From Candidatus Kerfeldbacteria bacterium CG_4_10_14_0_8_um_filter_42_10 (GTDB lineage: Bacteria; Patescibacteriota; Patescibacteriia; UM-FILTER-42-10), in assembly GCA_002784945.1 (NCBI GenBank), contig PFMD01000002.1, positions 10,477 to 74,476 of the forward strand: a stretch of 64,000 nt of DNA, written 5' to 3'. Shown piece by piece: positions 17,829-28,223 of this stretch. Position numbers and translations under genes: made by a program. Below the pieces are notes generated by a model. It made no database searches. It was given only the letters and a program-made list of their open reading frames with translations, and was not told the origin of the DNA. Position 1 is the stretch's first letter. The number at the start of each line of letters is the position of its first letter.

Positions 17829-17857
17829 TTGACATTCCCGGAAACATGCTCTAATAT
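17829..17857 (+). promoter_or_regulatory. sigma70-type promoter TTGACA, 17 nt spacer, TAATAT, upstream of rpmA
   Basis: Perfect -35 at 17829-17834, 17-nt spacer, -10 TAATAT at 17852-17857; 25 nt upstream of the rpmA ATG. Confidence 0.45.
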
Positions 17858-17882
17858 TAGGATAAATTATTAACTTAAAATT

Positions 17883-18170
17883 ATGGCCCACACAAAGGCG
17901 GGTGGCTCAACTCAACTAGGACGCGATTCTAAGTCAAAAAGGTTGGGAGTAAAAATTGGCGGAAACCAATATACCCAGGCAGGAATGATTATTGTCCGGC
18001 AACGGGGAACAAAGTTTCGCGCGGGAAAAAATGTGGTCCGGGGAAAAGACGATACCTTATATGCCCGGTTGGAGGGAACGGTGGTTTTTAAGCAGAAGAA
18101 GGTAAAAAGATATGACGGCCGATTGAAATTGACTAGAATAGTTGAAGTTATGCCCGAAAAATCGAAATAG
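17883..18170 (+). CDS. rpmA: 50S ribosomal protein L27
   Basis: 95 aa; [16 protein letters not shown]… matches the L27 N-terminus. Confidence 0.9.
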   Translation: MAHTKAGGSTQLGRDSKSKRLGVKIGGNQYTQAGMIIVRQRGTKFRAGKNVVRGKDDTLYARLEGTVVFKQKKVKRYDGRLKLTRIVEVMPEKSK

Positions 18171-18185
18171 CAATAAATTAAAAAA

Positions 18186-18215
18186 GGCGTAGATGAAATT
18201 GTTACGTCTTTTTTG
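18186..18215. terminator. weak hairpin plus T-run between convergent rpmA and pyrG
   Basis: GGCGTAGATGAAATTGTTACGTC followed by TTTTTT. Stem is only about 4-5 bp, but both strands are followed by T-runs. Confidence 0.25.
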
Positions 18216-18228
18216 ATATCAATATCGA

Positions 18229-19866
18229 CTATTTTGCTTTAATGCAGGCGGCGATAAAATCCCTGAAAAGTGGGTGTGGCCTTAATGGCCGTGATTTAAA
18301 TTCAGGATGAAATTGCACTCCCACAAACCAGGGATGATTAGTTAATTCAATAATCTCCACCAGATTATTGGAAGGACAAATACCCGCAAATCTAACCCCC
18401 GCTTTTTCTAACTTGTCTTTATAAAGATCGTTAAATTCATAGCGGTGCCGGTGACGCTCCTGTATTTTTCGAGTTTCATATGCCTGATAACTCAATGATT
18501 CTGGCTTCAAGACACAAGGGTAAGCGCCTAATCGCATGGTCGCTCCGTAGCTCTTATTTTGAATATTCTTCTTCTGATAAGGATTCAAATGGATAACGGG
18601 GTGGGGAGTCTTGGGGTCAATTTCCAAGGAATTAGCTTTCTTTAGTCCCACGACATTCCGGGCAATCTCAATGGTGGCCAGTTGCATGCCATAGCATAAT
18701 CCGAGATAAGGAATTTTGTGTTCTCGGACATAGCGAATCGCCTTAATAATGCCTTCGATTCCGCGTGATCCGAAACCGCCCGGAACGATAATTCCATTAT
18801 ACTGACTTAATTCCTTTATTTTTGAAGGATTTTTTTCGTATTCCTCTGAATCGATCCAGGTTAACTGCGGTTTTCGTTTATGGTGCCAGCAGGCATGCTT
18901 AATCGCCTCTATGACGGAAATGTAAGAATCGGCTAAAGTGAAGTTTCCGGTGCCAAAATATTTCCCGACTATGCCAATTTTTATTTCTTTCTTAGAATTC
19001 TTAATATTCTTGACAAGTTTTTTCCATTCTTTAAGGTCGTTCTGTTTTGCTTTTAGATTCAACTTATCTAAAATTTTGTCACCCAAATGTTCTTTTTCAA
19101 AAACAACCGGCAATTCGTAAATCGAATCGAGATCCGGCGCGGAGATAGCGTTTCCTTTTTCAATGCTGCAAAATACCGCTAGCCGATCTCTTCTTGGTTC
19201 GTCTAAAGGTCTTTCCGCCCGGCAAATTATGAAATCGGTCTGGATGCCGGCGGAATTTAGGGTACGAGCGGCATACTGAGTAGGTTTCGTCTTCATCTCT
19301 CCAATTTTTTTGGGGATTGGAAGGTAGCTTACTAAAACGAACGCGACGTCATCGGGATACTTTAATTTCATCATTCTTCCCGCCTCCAAAAATAGCAAGC
19401 TTTGATATTCACCGACAGTCCCGCCAATTTCTATTACTGTAATATCTGCTTTATTCTTGCGGACGGCCAGCTTTATTCTACGAATAATTTCATTAGGAAT
19501 GTCAGGCACCACTTCAACATCTTCTCCGCCATATTCTAAATTACGCTCTTTTCTGATTACTTCTTGGTATACCTGACCGGTGGTAATGTAGTTTTCCGCC
19601 GTACAATTATTGTCGGTAAAGCGCTCGTAATTTCCCAAATCCTGATCCGCTTCAATACCATCTTCTCCGACAAAGACTTCGCCATGTTCCGTGGGTCTAA
19701 TGGTGCCGGCATCAATATTCACGTACATATCGCATTTGATAGTCGCAACCCGGTAACCTTTGCTCTGCAAAATCCGAGCAATGGCTGAGCAGGTAATCCC
19801 CTTTCCTACTGAGGACATTACTCCGCCAACAACAAAGATATATTTGGAAGATTTTAATTTCGCCAT
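18229..19866 (-). CDS. pyrG: CTP synthase
   Basis: 545 aa; N-terminal synthetase domain (KYIFVVGGVMSSVGKGI) and C-terminal glutamine amidotransferase domain (GLCYGMQ, HPEF). Confidence 0.95.
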   Translation of the reverse strand: MAKLKSSKYIFVVGGVMSSVGKGITCSAIARILQSKGYRVATIKCDMYVNIDAGTIRPTEHGEVFVGEDGIEADQDLGNYERFTDNNCTAENYITTGQVYQEVIRKERNLEYGGEDVEVVPDIPNEIIRRIKLAVRKNKADITVIEIGGTVGEYQSLLFLEAGRMMKLKYPDDVAFVLVSYLPIPKKIGEMKTKPTQYAARTLNSAGIQTDFIICRAERPLDEPRRDRLAVFCSIEKGNAISAPDLDSIYELPVVFEKEHLGDKILDKLNLKAKQNDLKEWKKLVKNIKNSKKEIKIGIVGKYFGTGNFTLADSYISVIEAIKHACWHHKRKPQLTWIDSEEYEKNPSKIKELSQYNGIIVPGGFGSRGIEGIIKAIRYVREHKIPYLGLCYGMQLATIEIARNVVGLKKANSLEIDPKTPHPVIHLNPYQKKNIQNKSYGATMRLGAYPCVLKPESLSYQAYETRKIQERHRHRYEFNDLYKDKLEKAGVRFAGICPSNNLVEIIELTNHPWFVGVQFHPEFKSRPLRPHPLFRDFIAACIKAK

Positions 19867-19892
19867 GTTTTATTAAGTATCTTTTTTAAGTC

Positions 19893-20345
19893 CTATTTAG
19901 TCGTTTTCTTTAGTTCAATAATGATTTCAGCGCTCAAATCCGATGAAAACAGCAATTTTACATTATGCTGACCAATTTTCTTCAATGGTTTTTCCAGCTG
20001 TACCACTCCCTCCTCTATAGTTATTTTAAACAATTTTTCAATTTTTTCAACTATCTCTTTTCTGCTCAGACCGCCGTATAGGGTGCCGTCTTCACTGGCC
20101 TTGACTTCAAAATACAACGCTTGCCCGCTCAGCTTACCGATAATCTCCCGATCGCCTTGTAACCTTGCTTCGTTTTCCTTATTCCGCTGCTCTTTAATTC
20201 TGGCAACTTTCTGCTCCTCTTGCTTAGTAAAAGGAATGGCCAGTTTTTGGGGTAATAGAAAATTACGGGCATAGCCATCTGATACATTTTTTACCTGACC
20301 CTTTTTAACATGGGTAGATACATCTCTCAAAAAAATTACCTTCAT
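19893..20345 (-). CDS. rplI: 50S ribosomal protein L9
   Basis: 150 aa; MKVIFLRDV…[18 protein letters not shown] matches the L9 N-domain. Confidence 0.9.
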   Translation of the reverse strand: MKVIFLRDVSTHVKKGQVKNVSDGYARNFLLPQKLAIPFTKQEEQKVARIKEQRNKENEARLQGDREIIGKLSGQALYFEVKASEDGTLYGGLSRKEIVEKIEKLFKITIEEGVVQLEKPLKKIGQHNVKLLFSSDLSAEIIIELKKTTK

Positions 20346-20370
20346 AGCTTATGATAAATATTTATTTTGA

Positions 20371-20649
20371 TTAAAATTGAATTTCAAATCTCTCAAGGTT
20401 TCCTTCAAATTTTTTCCATTGGACTTCTACTTTTTCCACCGCCGCCGTTCCTGACCCATTCCGGCACCAGCTTACTAACTCTTCCAGCTTTTTAGTCTTA
20501 CCTTCTGCTGCTACTGTTACCGTACCATCAATTTCGTTTTTAACCCAACCCTTAAGCTTCAATCTTCTGGCAAGATCCTGGGTATAGTAGCGAAAGCCCA
20601 CTCCTTGCACTTGCCCGTAAATTTTTAGCAAAACTCTTTTCTTTTCCAT
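20371..20649 (-). CDS. acyP: acylphosphatase
   Basis: 92 aa; VQGVGFRYYT and GWVKNxxDGTV signatures. Confidence 0.85.
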   Translation of the reverse strand: MEKKRVLLKIYGQVQGVGFRYYTQDLARRLKLKGWVKNEIDGTVTVAAEGKTKKLEELVSWCRNGSGTAAVEKVEVQWKKFEGNLERFEIQF

Positions 20650-20661
20650 TTAACCATAATG

Positions 20662-21915
20662 TTAATTGGCGCTGGAGGCCGCCGTCACTATTTCGATTGC
20701 TTTTTCCAACTGAGGATCACGATTGTTGTTGTAATCGTCTTCGGAAAGTTCCACCGCAATATCAGGTTTTATTCCTGCATCATTAATGGAACGTCCGGCA
20801 GGAGTTAACCATTTTGCTACGGAAAGTTTTAAGGAAGACCCGTCCGAAAATTCAGTCAATTCCTGAACCGATCCCTTGCCAAATGTCTGTTCCCCGACAA
20901 CGGTGGCAATTTGGTAATCCTGGAGCGCTCCCGCCATAATTTCGGATGCCGAGGCACTACCATTATTCACCAAAACAGCCACGGGGTAGCTCGATAAATT
21001 ATCGCCCCCTTCGGATTTATATTCAGTTTGACTGCCATTTCCGTAATCCTCAATAACTACCGTTTGGCCATTTTTGACAAAAGCTCCAGTAATGCCGATA
21101 GCGACATCTAAAAACCCGCCGGGATTATTCCTAAGATCCAGAATTATTCCCTTAGGCTCTTTAAGGATTATTTCGTTAATCACTTTTTGAAAACTTTTTT
21201 CCGTATCCTCGTTGAAATGGGAAATTTTAAGATAAGCGATATTGCTTTCTAACAAATCCCAAGTGACTGATTGCACTTTGATCGTTCTGCGGGTAACGGA
21301 AAATGATAGCGGCTCACTTTCGCCGTCTCTGACGATTAATAGGCTTACGGTCGTTCCTTCTTTCCCTCTTATTAAATTGACAGCGGTATCAATTGTAATC
21401 GTATTGGTATCAACTTGATCGATTTTCACTATCTGGTCTCCGGCTTTTAAACCGATCTCTTCGGCAGGTGAGTTGGGAAGAGGCGCGATAACAACCAATT
21501 GGTTGTTTTTCATTCCAATTTCTATGCCGATACCTTCAAACGTACCGCTTATTTCCTGATTAAAAACTTGGGTCAGGTCAGGATCGAAAAATACTGAATA
21601 AGGATCCTGCAAGCTTGCGACCAAACCGGACATAGCCCCATAGAATAGGTTCTTTTCATCAACCGGACGGCCAATATACTTTTTCTGAATGGTATCCCAG
21701 GCTTCCCAAAATATATTGAAATCAGCATTTTTTAGGGATGAATGAGAAGATGCCTTATTTATTATCGCGTCAACTACCTCTGCTGGACTGACTTGGTTAA
21801 TTTTCCAGGCACCTATTAATACTCCCGACAAAAAAACCGTCAGCAGAACAATTAAAAAAAGATATACTTTCAGCGAACGTTTGATTAATGATGTTTCTTT
21901 ATAATTCTTTTCCAT
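20662..21915 (-). CDS. carboxyl-terminal processing protease (S41 family)
   Basis: 417 aa; N-terminal TM anchor, PDZ-like segment, S41 motifs LDLRNNPGG and NNGSASASEI. Confidence 0.85.
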   Translation of the reverse strand: MEKNYKETSLIKRSLKVYLFLIVLLTVFLSGVLIGAWKINQVSPAEVVDAIINKASSHSSLKNADFNIFWEAWDTIQKKYIGRPVDEKNLFYGAMSGLVASLQDPYSVFFDPDLTQVFNQEISGTFEGIGIEIGMKNNQLVVIAPLPNSPAEEIGLKAGDQIVKIDQVDTNTITIDTAVNLIRGKEGTTVSLLIVRDGESEPLSFSVTRRTIKVQSVTWDLLESNIAYLKISHFNEDTEKSFQKVINEIILKEPKGIILDLRNNPGGFLDVAIGITGAFVKNGQTVVIEDYGNGSQTEYKSEGGDNLSSYPVAVLVNNGSASASEIMAGALQDYQIATVVGEQTFGKGSVQELTEFSDGSSLKLSVAKWLTPAGRSINDAGIKPDIAVELSEDDYNNNRDPQLEKAIEIVTAASSAN

Positions 21916-21916
21916 A

Positions 21917-23209
21917 TTATGCGTTTGTTCTTAAGATATCCACTCCAATCTTTGCTAGGCGATCCTCAATTTTTTCGTATCCCCGGTCAATCTGTTCAAT
22001 GTTGGAAATTTGACTTTCCCCTTGAGCTACTATCGCCGCCACCACTAAAGTCGCTCCCGCCCGGATATCAAAACTGGTCATTTCCGTTCCTAAAAGTGGC
22101 GTGGGGCCAACAATAACCGCCCGATGCGGGTCACAAATAGTAACATTCGCACCCATTTTTATCAATTCTTCCAAGTATTTCTGCCGTCCTTCGTACATCC
22201 ATTCATGAACCAAAGAAGTGCCTTCGGCCTGGGTAAGCATTACCGCAAAGGGAGGCAATAAATCAGAGGTGAACCCCGGATAAGGCATGGTGTTCACTTT
22301 TTTCACCGCTTTCAAGGGCGCCGGCTTAATTACTAGGTCGTATAGATGGTATTTACCATTAGCAGAAATTCTCTTATTCTTTACACTGTACTGAACATTG
22401 GATTCCTTGAATTTCTGAAATTCCAATCGTAGAAAATCGATGGCGACATTCCTGATTGTTATTTCGGATTTAGTAGCGGCCCCTAGGGCGACAAATGTTC
22501 CCGTTTCAATCGGATCGGGAATTACCGTGTAATCTACCCCGGACAGCTGCCCGCCTCCTTTGATAATCAATTCGTGAGTGCCGATGCCAGTTATTTCAAC
22601 TCCCGCCTTCTCTAAGAACCAGCAAAGGTCCTGAATGTAATGTTCCGACGCCGCATTATAAATTCGCACCTCGTCTTTAATTTGAGCAGCGGCTAAAATG
22701 GCATTAGCCGTTCCGGAAACACTCATCTCGCTCATCACTATCTCCGCGCCATGCAAATTCTTGGCATTAACGTGATAGTAATCTCCCTTTTTAGTAATCT
22801 TCACCCCTAACTCCTGCAAAGCCAGAAAATGAGAATCCATCGGCCGGGCGCCCAAGCGACAGCCTCCCGGAAACGGAATGGTCAATTCCCCCATTTGAAT
22901 AGCCATCGTTCCTAAAAGATAACTGGAAGATCTCATTTTGCACACCAGGTCATTGTCAATTTTGGTAGGGTCAAGTAGGCCGGGTTCAATTTTCACTACG
23001 CCTGCTTCCGGCCATTCAATTTTCGCTCCGGCATTCTGAAATATTTTTAGTATTTTTCTGACATCACCAATATCAGGGACATTTCTGATTAGCGAAGGCG
23101 TTTTCGCGATCATTGCCGCCGAAAGAATGGGAGTGGCCGCATTTTTTGCGCCTAAGACGTTAATCTCCCCTCTCAATTTCTTGCCGCCTTTTATTACAAA
23201 TTTTTCCAT
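21917..23209 (-). CDS. murA: UDP-N-acetylglucosamine 1-carboxyvinyltransferase
   Basis: 430 aa; N-terminus MEKFVIKGGKKLRGEINVLGAKNAATPIL, active-site Cys loop PGGCRLGARP. Confidence 0.9.
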   Translation of the reverse strand: MEKFVIKGGKKLRGEINVLGAKNAATPILSAAMIAKTPSLIRNVPDIGDVRKILKIFQNAGAKIEWPEAGVVKIEPGLLDPTKIDNDLVCKMRSSSYLLGTMAIQMGELTIPFPGGCRLGARPMDSHFLALQELGVKITKKGDYYHVNAKNLHGAEIVMSEMSVSGTANAILAAAQIKDEVRIYNAASEHYIQDLCWFLEKAGVEITGIGTHELIIKGGGQLSGVDYTVIPDPIETGTFVALGAATKSEITIRNVAIDFLRLEFQKFKESNVQYSVKNKRISANGKYHLYDLVIKPAPLKAVKKVNTMPYPGFTSDLLPPFAVMLTQAEGTSLVHEWMYEGRQKYLEELIKMGANVTICDPHRAVIVGPTPLLGTEMTSFDIRAGATLVVAAIVAQGESQISNIEQIDRGYEKIEDRLAKIGVDILRTNA

Positions 23210-23301
23210 AAAAAAATTACGATTACTAAAAATATGTTACAATGGCTATGGTCATGATTACTTAATGTCTATATATTAGCACTAATTAGAATCTGGTCAA
23301 A

Positions 23302-24654
23302 ATGGAACTAAAATACCGCCGAATCTACGCTTATTCCGTTATTGCTATATTTGTTATAATAGCGCCTATATTGATTTTATATACCAAGGGATACCGTTAC
23401 GACTTTAAAAAAAATCAAATAGTCAAAACGGGTGTCCTCAACATCGATTCCAATCCGCGCGATGCCTCTATTGTCTTGAACGGTAAACTGGTCAAGAAAA
23501 AAACACAGGCCGTAGTTAAGAATCTTCCGCCGCAAGAATATCAGATTGCTATAGAAAAAGACGGCTATTATGCTTGGGAAAAAGAACTCCCGGTTTTTCC
23601 TAACCAAGCAACCCTCACTAATAGGATAACTTTATTTAAGAAGAATACTCCCGCCTTGCTATCGGAAGAAAATGTCAGTCAATTCAAAGTTTCGCCAGAT
23701 TATTCCTTGATCGCCTATTTGGCTAAAAATGAAAAAGAAAGGCTTGTTTTAGTGGTTAAAAGATTGAGTGATTCTCATGAAATTGCCAGACTGCCGTTGG
23801 CTAAAGCCGCAGGCTATTCAATTTCGTTTTCCGAGAATCAGAACTACCTTTTTCTTCATAATAAGCAAGATGATAAGAATGAATATCAAATTGTTTTTCT
23901 AAAATCCAACCAGTTGCCATTACCGCTAAGTGAAATTAGTAATTTGGATTTTTCTAAGATTAAAGCTCCCATCGAAAATAATATTATTTACGGGCTGAGC
24001 AACGGAAAATTATACGAAATGGATTTAAGCAGAAATTCCTCTCGTTTATTAATTGACGATTCGATCCAGGATTTTACCGTCACCTCTAAAAATCTTTACT
24101 ATATTCATCATGCTAATGAAAAATGTCTGGCCAAAAAGGCGAATCTAAACGGCAAATTTGAAATTCAGGAACTATTGACCGTAGCTTGCAAAGAAAACTA
24201 TTTCCTAGATAACGGCCCCAATAATTTTTTAACGTTCTTAGACAATAATCATCATTTATTTCTTATCGAAATTCAAGGAGAACTATCGCTCAATTTAAAG
24301 CAACTAGATCAGAATGTGATGGGATTCAACTGGTCGGCGGACCAAAAGAAGCTTCTTCTTTACAATGAATTTGAAATATGGGTGTTGGATACGGAAACAG
24401 AAGAGCAGGAATTGCTTATTCGATCAAGTGAAAAAATTGAGAATGCTGTTTGGAACTATGATTCGGAATGGATCGTCCTCTATCAATCCGGTACGATAAA
24501 AGCCATCGAATTAGATGGCCGTGATAAAAGAAATATTATCGATCTAGTTAGTTGTCCTAACAGCAATTTTGCGATTGACTTTAAGCAAGCCAGAATTATT
24601 CTAAATGGTATTAGCGATGACCCTGCCAGGCTTTATCAGCTTGAGCTAAGATGA
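23302..24654 (+). CDS. PEGA domain-containing membrane-anchored protein, hypothetical
   Basis: 450 aa; N-terminal TM then a PEGA-like segment (GVLNIDSNPRDASIVLNGKL…YQIAIEKDGYYAWEKEL); remainder unassigned. Confidence 0.45.
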   Translation: MELKYRRIYAYSVIAIFVIIAPILILYTKGYRYDFKKNQIVKTGVLNIDSNPRDASIVLNGKLVKKKTQAVVKNLPPQEYQIAIEKDGYYAWEKELPVFPNQATLTNRITLFKKNTPALLSEENVSQFKVSPDYSLIAYLAKNEKERLVLVVKRLSDSHEIARLPLAKAAGYSISFSENQNYLFLHNKQDDKNEYQIVFLKSNQLPLPLSEISNLDFSKIKAPIENNIIYGLSNGKLYEMDLSRNSSRLLIDDSIQDFTVTSKNLYYIHHANEKCLAKKANLNGKFEIQELLTVACKENYFLDNGPNNFLTFLDNNHHLFLIEIQGELSLNLKQLDQNVMGFNWSADQKKLLLYNEFEIWVLDTETEEQELLIRSSEKIENAVWNYDSEWIVLYQSGTIKAIELDGRDKRNIIDLVSCPNSNFAIDFKQARIILNGISDDPARLYQLELR

Positions 24655-24658
24655 AAAT

Positions 24659-25480
24659 TTAACGCTTTGCTAAATAATCCGCTAACGCTTCCTTCCAGTG
24701 TCGTGAAGGAGTCAATTTTGTATTGATTAAGCTGGAAAACTTTGGTCTTTTGGCCGGGCGGGGAAATTCTGAAGTAGCAACGGGGATAACTTTGACAGCA
24801 AGACCAAATTGTTTAAATATCTCTTCGGCGAAACCAGACCAAGAGGTTACGCCTTCATTAGTAATATGGTAGATGCCGTATTCTTTTTTGTTTTCCACTA
24901 AATTCAATGTTCTTCGGGCTAAATCAACAGCATAGGTGGGTTTTCCGAACTGATCATTTACCACCTTCACTTCCTTTTTCTCTTTGCCTAGCCGGATCAT
25001 TGTTTCCACAAAATTATTACCGCTTCTGCCATAAAGCCAAGACGTTCTGATTAAATAGTAATTTTTACAATAATTTTGAATGGCTTTTTCACCAATTAAT
25101 TTCGATCGGCCATAGGCATTGATTGGATCGGTCTGATCATCTTCTTGGTACCCTTTCTCTTTTTTTCCCTCAAACACGTAGTCAGTGGAATAGTGAATTA
25201 ACACAGCATTTAATTCTTGCGCTACCCGCGCTAAATAACCAACGGCCTCTCCGTTGACCTTTTCGGCCAGTTCCTGATTAGATTCCGCTTCATCAACATT
25301 AGTGTAAGCGGCGGAATTAATAATCAGCTGAGGTTTAAGCTTTCCAATTTTTTTTTCCACGTCACTTTCAATGGTAAGATCAAGATCCGCTTGATCCCAT
25401 AGCGTCGGATGATAATCTCTGAAAACAAAAGAAAGCTCTGTTCCAAGCATCCCCTTTGCCCCTAGGATGAGACATTTCAT
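24659..25480 (-). CDS. rmlD: dTDP-4-dehydrorhamnose reductase
   Basis: 273 aa; N-terminus MKCLILGAKGMLGTEL, NSAAYTNVDEAE and YGRSK motifs typical of RmlD. Confidence 0.75.
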   Translation of the reverse strand: MKCLILGAKGMLGTELSFVFRDYHPTLWDQADLDLTIESDVEKKIGKLKPQLIINSAAYTNVDEAESNQELAEKVNGEAVGYLARVAQELNAVLIHYSTDYVFEGKKEKGYQEDDQTDPINAYGRSKLIGEKAIQNYCKNYYLIRTSWLYGRSGNNFVETMIRLGKEKKEVKVVNDQFGKPTYAVDLARRTLNLVENKKEYGIYHITNEGVTSWSGFAEEIFKQFGLAVKVIPVATSEFPRPAKRPKFSSLINTKLTPSRHWKEALADYLAKR

Positions 25481-25759
25481 GATAATAATTATAATTCTAT
25501 TAAGTAAAATTTTTCATCTAGAGAAGCACAAATTCGACGCACTAAACACTAAATCCGAAACAATATCTTCATGCCAGAGGCAGATCCGCCTAGGGCGGAA
25601 AATTCGAATGTTTCAAATTATAAATAACTGTTTGGAAACAAGGTTTGAAATTTAGGATTTGTAATTTGGAATTTGTTTAGGATTTAGACTTCGTCGTGAA
25701 CTCAGTCGAACGATATTCGGATTTAGAATTTTTTGTAAATTTCAGAATCGCCAGTATTA

Positions 25760-26773
25760 TTAATTTTTTCCGTATTGTTGCTTGTAGTACTTTTGGTACT
25801 CGCCTGACTTTATCCGCTTCCACCAGCTTTCATTTTTTTGATACCACTGGATTGTTTTTTCCAAATAGGTATCCAAATCACATTCTGGCTGATAACCCAG
25901 CTCGTTTTTTGCTTTACTCCAATCTACCGCATAACGCCGGTCATGGCCGGGACGGTCTTTAACGTATTCCAATACCGACTCATCCTTACCCATTATCTTC
26001 AGCACTTTTTTAATCAGCTCCAGATTATTAACATCGTCTTCAAGACCCCCAATACAGTAGGTCTCCCCTACTTTTCCTTTTGTTAAAACCAAGTCGATCG
26101 CTCGGCAGTGATCCTCCACATAAAGCCAGTCCCGGACATATTTTCCATCACCGTAAATGGGAACCTTCTTGCCCTCTATTAAATTAGTAATTGCGAGGGG
26201 GAGAAGCTTTTCGGGATACTGATAAGGCCCGTAGTTGTTGGAGGTATTGGTAATGGTTACCGGTAGGCCATACGTAACGTAATAGGCTCGCACTAAGTGG
26301 TCTGAGGCCGCTTTAGAAGCAGAATAAGGGCTTCTGGGGTCATAACGGGTATTCTCATTGAATTTGGCCGGATCATCCAGTTTTAGGGCGCCAAACACTT
26401 CATCCGTTGAGATGTGGTGGAAATGCTTTACTTTATTCTTCAACGCCGCCTCCAAGAGCATCTGCGTCCCGATCACATTAGTTTCAATAAAAGTGGCCGG
26501 TTCCATAATAGAGCGGTCAACGTGGCTCTCCGCCGCAAAGTGCACTACTTTATCAATCCCTTTCATTGCGCCATTAAGCAATTCTCCATCACAGATATCG
26601 CCTTTGATAAATAGATAGCTTTTATTAGATTCAACTTCCTTTAAATTTTCTAGATTACCGCAATAGGTTAATTTGTCCAGATTCACTATTTGGTCATCGG
26701 AATGATTTTTTAGCCAGTAATGGACAAAATTGGAGCCGATAAAACCCGCGCCCCCTGTTACTAGGATTTTCAT
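25760..26773 (-). CDS. rmlB: dTDP-glucose 4,6-dehydratase
   Basis: 337 aa; MKILVTGGAGFIGSNFVHYW, HFAAESHVDRS, YSASKAASD (YxxxK). Confidence 0.9.
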   Translation of the reverse strand: MKILVTGGAGFIGSNFVHYWLKNHSDDQIVNLDKLTYCGNLENLKEVESNKSYLFIKGDICDGELLNGAMKGIDKVVHFAAESHVDRSIMEPATFIETNVIGTQMLLEAALKNKVKHFHHISTDEVFGALKLDDPAKFNENTRYDPRSPYSASKAASDHLVRAYYVTYGLPVTITNTSNNYGPYQYPEKLLPLAITNLIEGKKVPIYGDGKYVRDWLYVEDHCRAIDLVLTKGKVGETYCIGGLEDDVNNLELIKKVLKIMGKDESVLEYVKDRPGHDRRYAVDWSKAKNELGYQPECDLDTYLEKTIQWYQKNESWWKRIKSGEYQKYYKQQYGKN

Positions 26774-26775
26774 TT

Positions 26776-26860
26776 TTTAGCTTTTTAGCTTATTAGCTTA
26801 TTAGCTTGTAGGAAGTAGCTTATTAGAATTCCTAAGAAGCTAAAAAGCTACAAGCTAAAT
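26776..26860. repeat. TAGCTT/AAGCTA-word palindromic intergenic element, copy 2
   Basis: TTTAGCTTTTTAGCTTATTAGCTTATTAGCTTGTAGGAAGTAGCTTATTAGAATTCCTAAGAAGCTAAAAAGCTACAAGCTAAATTC. Fills the whole 90-nt spacer between the ahcY stop and the rmlB start. Confidence 0.6.
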
Positions 26861-26863
26861 TCA

Positions 26864-28132
26864 TTACGTTCCCAATTTCCAGGAAGCCAGGTATTTTTCT
26901 TGTTTGGGGGTTAATTTATCATAAATTATCCCCATGGTTTTTAGTTTCAAGCGGGCTATTTCCACGTCTATTTCTTCGGGAACTACGTAAACCTTCTTTG
27001 CTAATTTATTATTATTTTTAACAATGTATTCCGCCGCCAGCGCCTGATTGGCAAAACTCATATCCATCACTGAAGCGGGATGCCCTTCCGCGGCCGCTAA
27101 GTTAATAAGCCTTCCTTCTCCTAAAAGATTTACTTTCTTTCCGCTTTTCAACTGATAAGCTTCCACAAATGTTCGGGGAATTTCCTTAGTCTTAGACATT
27201 TTAGTAAGATCCTTAATGTCTATTTCCACATCAAAGTGCCCCGAGTTACAAACGACCGCCCCATCTTTCATTTTTAAGAAATGTTCTTTTCTTACCACGC
27301 TGATATCCCCGGTCAGAGTAATAAAAATGTCTCCTCGGGGAGCGGCTTTTTCCATAGTGGTTACTTCATAACCGTCCATAGCCGCCTGTAATGCTCTAAT
27401 CGGTTCTACTTCCGTTACAATAACATGCGCGCCCAAGGCCTTGGAGCGCAAAGCTACGCCTTTGCCACAGTTGCCGTATCCGGCCACCACCACTGTTTTT
27501 CCGGCAAAAAGAAGGTTAGTCGCCCGTAAAATCCCATCGATGGTGCTTTGACCGGTTCCATAATAATTATCGAATAAGTGCTTGGTTTGGGCATCGTTCA
27601 CGGCAATGACCGGAAACTTCAAGATGCCCTTCTTTTCCATGCTCCGAAGCCTGATTACGCCGGTAGTTGTTTCTTCCGAGGAACCTAGTATGTCTTTGGC
27701 CTGTTTTTTTCGTTTGGAATGCAGCTCTGATACTAAATCAGCTCCGTCATCCATGGTGATCTGGGGTTTATGATCCAGAGCCGCCTTAAGATGCTGATAA
27801 TAAGTCTTACGATCTTCTCCGCAAACTGCAAACACCGGTATTTTAAAATCCCGGACAATTGAGGCAGCGGTATCATCTTGGGTAGAAAGAGGGTTAGAAG
27901 CGCAAAGTACTACTTGAGCCCCTCCCGCTTTCAGAGTATTCATTAAATTGGCCGTTTCCGTGGTAACGTGCAAGCAGGCGGATATTCTAATGTCCTTTAA
28001 AGGTTTTTCTTTTTCAAAACGCTGCTTAATAAGCCTAAGCACATCCATTTGCTTCTCGGCCCACTCGATTCGGCTTTTTCCTTGATTGGCTAATCTTATG
28101 CTTTTGATATCGAATTCTGTTTTTCGTTTCAT
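26864..28132 (-). CDS. ahcY: adenosylhomocysteinase (S-adenosyl-L-homocysteine hydrolase)
   Basis: 422 aa; NAD-binding GYGNCGKG (GYGxxGKG) and the typical AhcY N- and C-terminal domains. Confidence 0.9.
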   Translation of the reverse strand: MKRKTEFDIKSIRLANQGKSRIEWAEKQMDVLRLIKQRFEKEKPLKDIRISACLHVTTETANLMNTLKAGGAQVVLCASNPLSTQDDTAASIVRDFKIPVFAVCGEDRKTYYQHLKAALDHKPQITMDDGADLVSELHSKRKKQAKDILGSSEETTTGVIRLRSMEKKGILKFPVIAVNDAQTKHLFDNYYGTGQSTIDGILRATNLLFAGKTVVVAGYGNCGKGVALRSKALGAHVIVTEVEPIRALQAAMDGYEVTTMEKAAPRGDIFITLTGDISVVRKEHFLKMKDGAVVCNSGHFDVEIDIKDLTKMSKTKEIPRTFVEAYQLKSGKKVNLLGEGRLINLAAAEGHPASVMDMSFANQALAAEYIVKNNNKLAKKVYVVPEEIDVEIARLKLKTMGIIYDKLTPKQEKYLASWKLGT

Positions 28133-28223
28133 ACTTAATACTTAATATTTAATAATAAAATCCCTGCCAAGGTTTTCTAAATCCAACTACGCTAAAAATA
28201 TCAGTTTTTAGCTTGTGGATCTG

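Noticed and set aside
23217-23243. Promoter-like TTACGA-15-TGtTACAAT upstream of the PEGA-domain gene
   Set aside because: The spacer is only 15 nt and the -35 is poor; in this AT-rich DNA such matches occur by chance. Not called as a feature.
25467-25962. Two ORFs (62 aa and 88 aa) in the rmlD-rmlB spacer
   Set aside because: Sequence is repeat-rich (GGATTTAG words). The peptides have no recognisable features, and the second overlaps the rmlB 3' end in antisense. Treated as non-coding.
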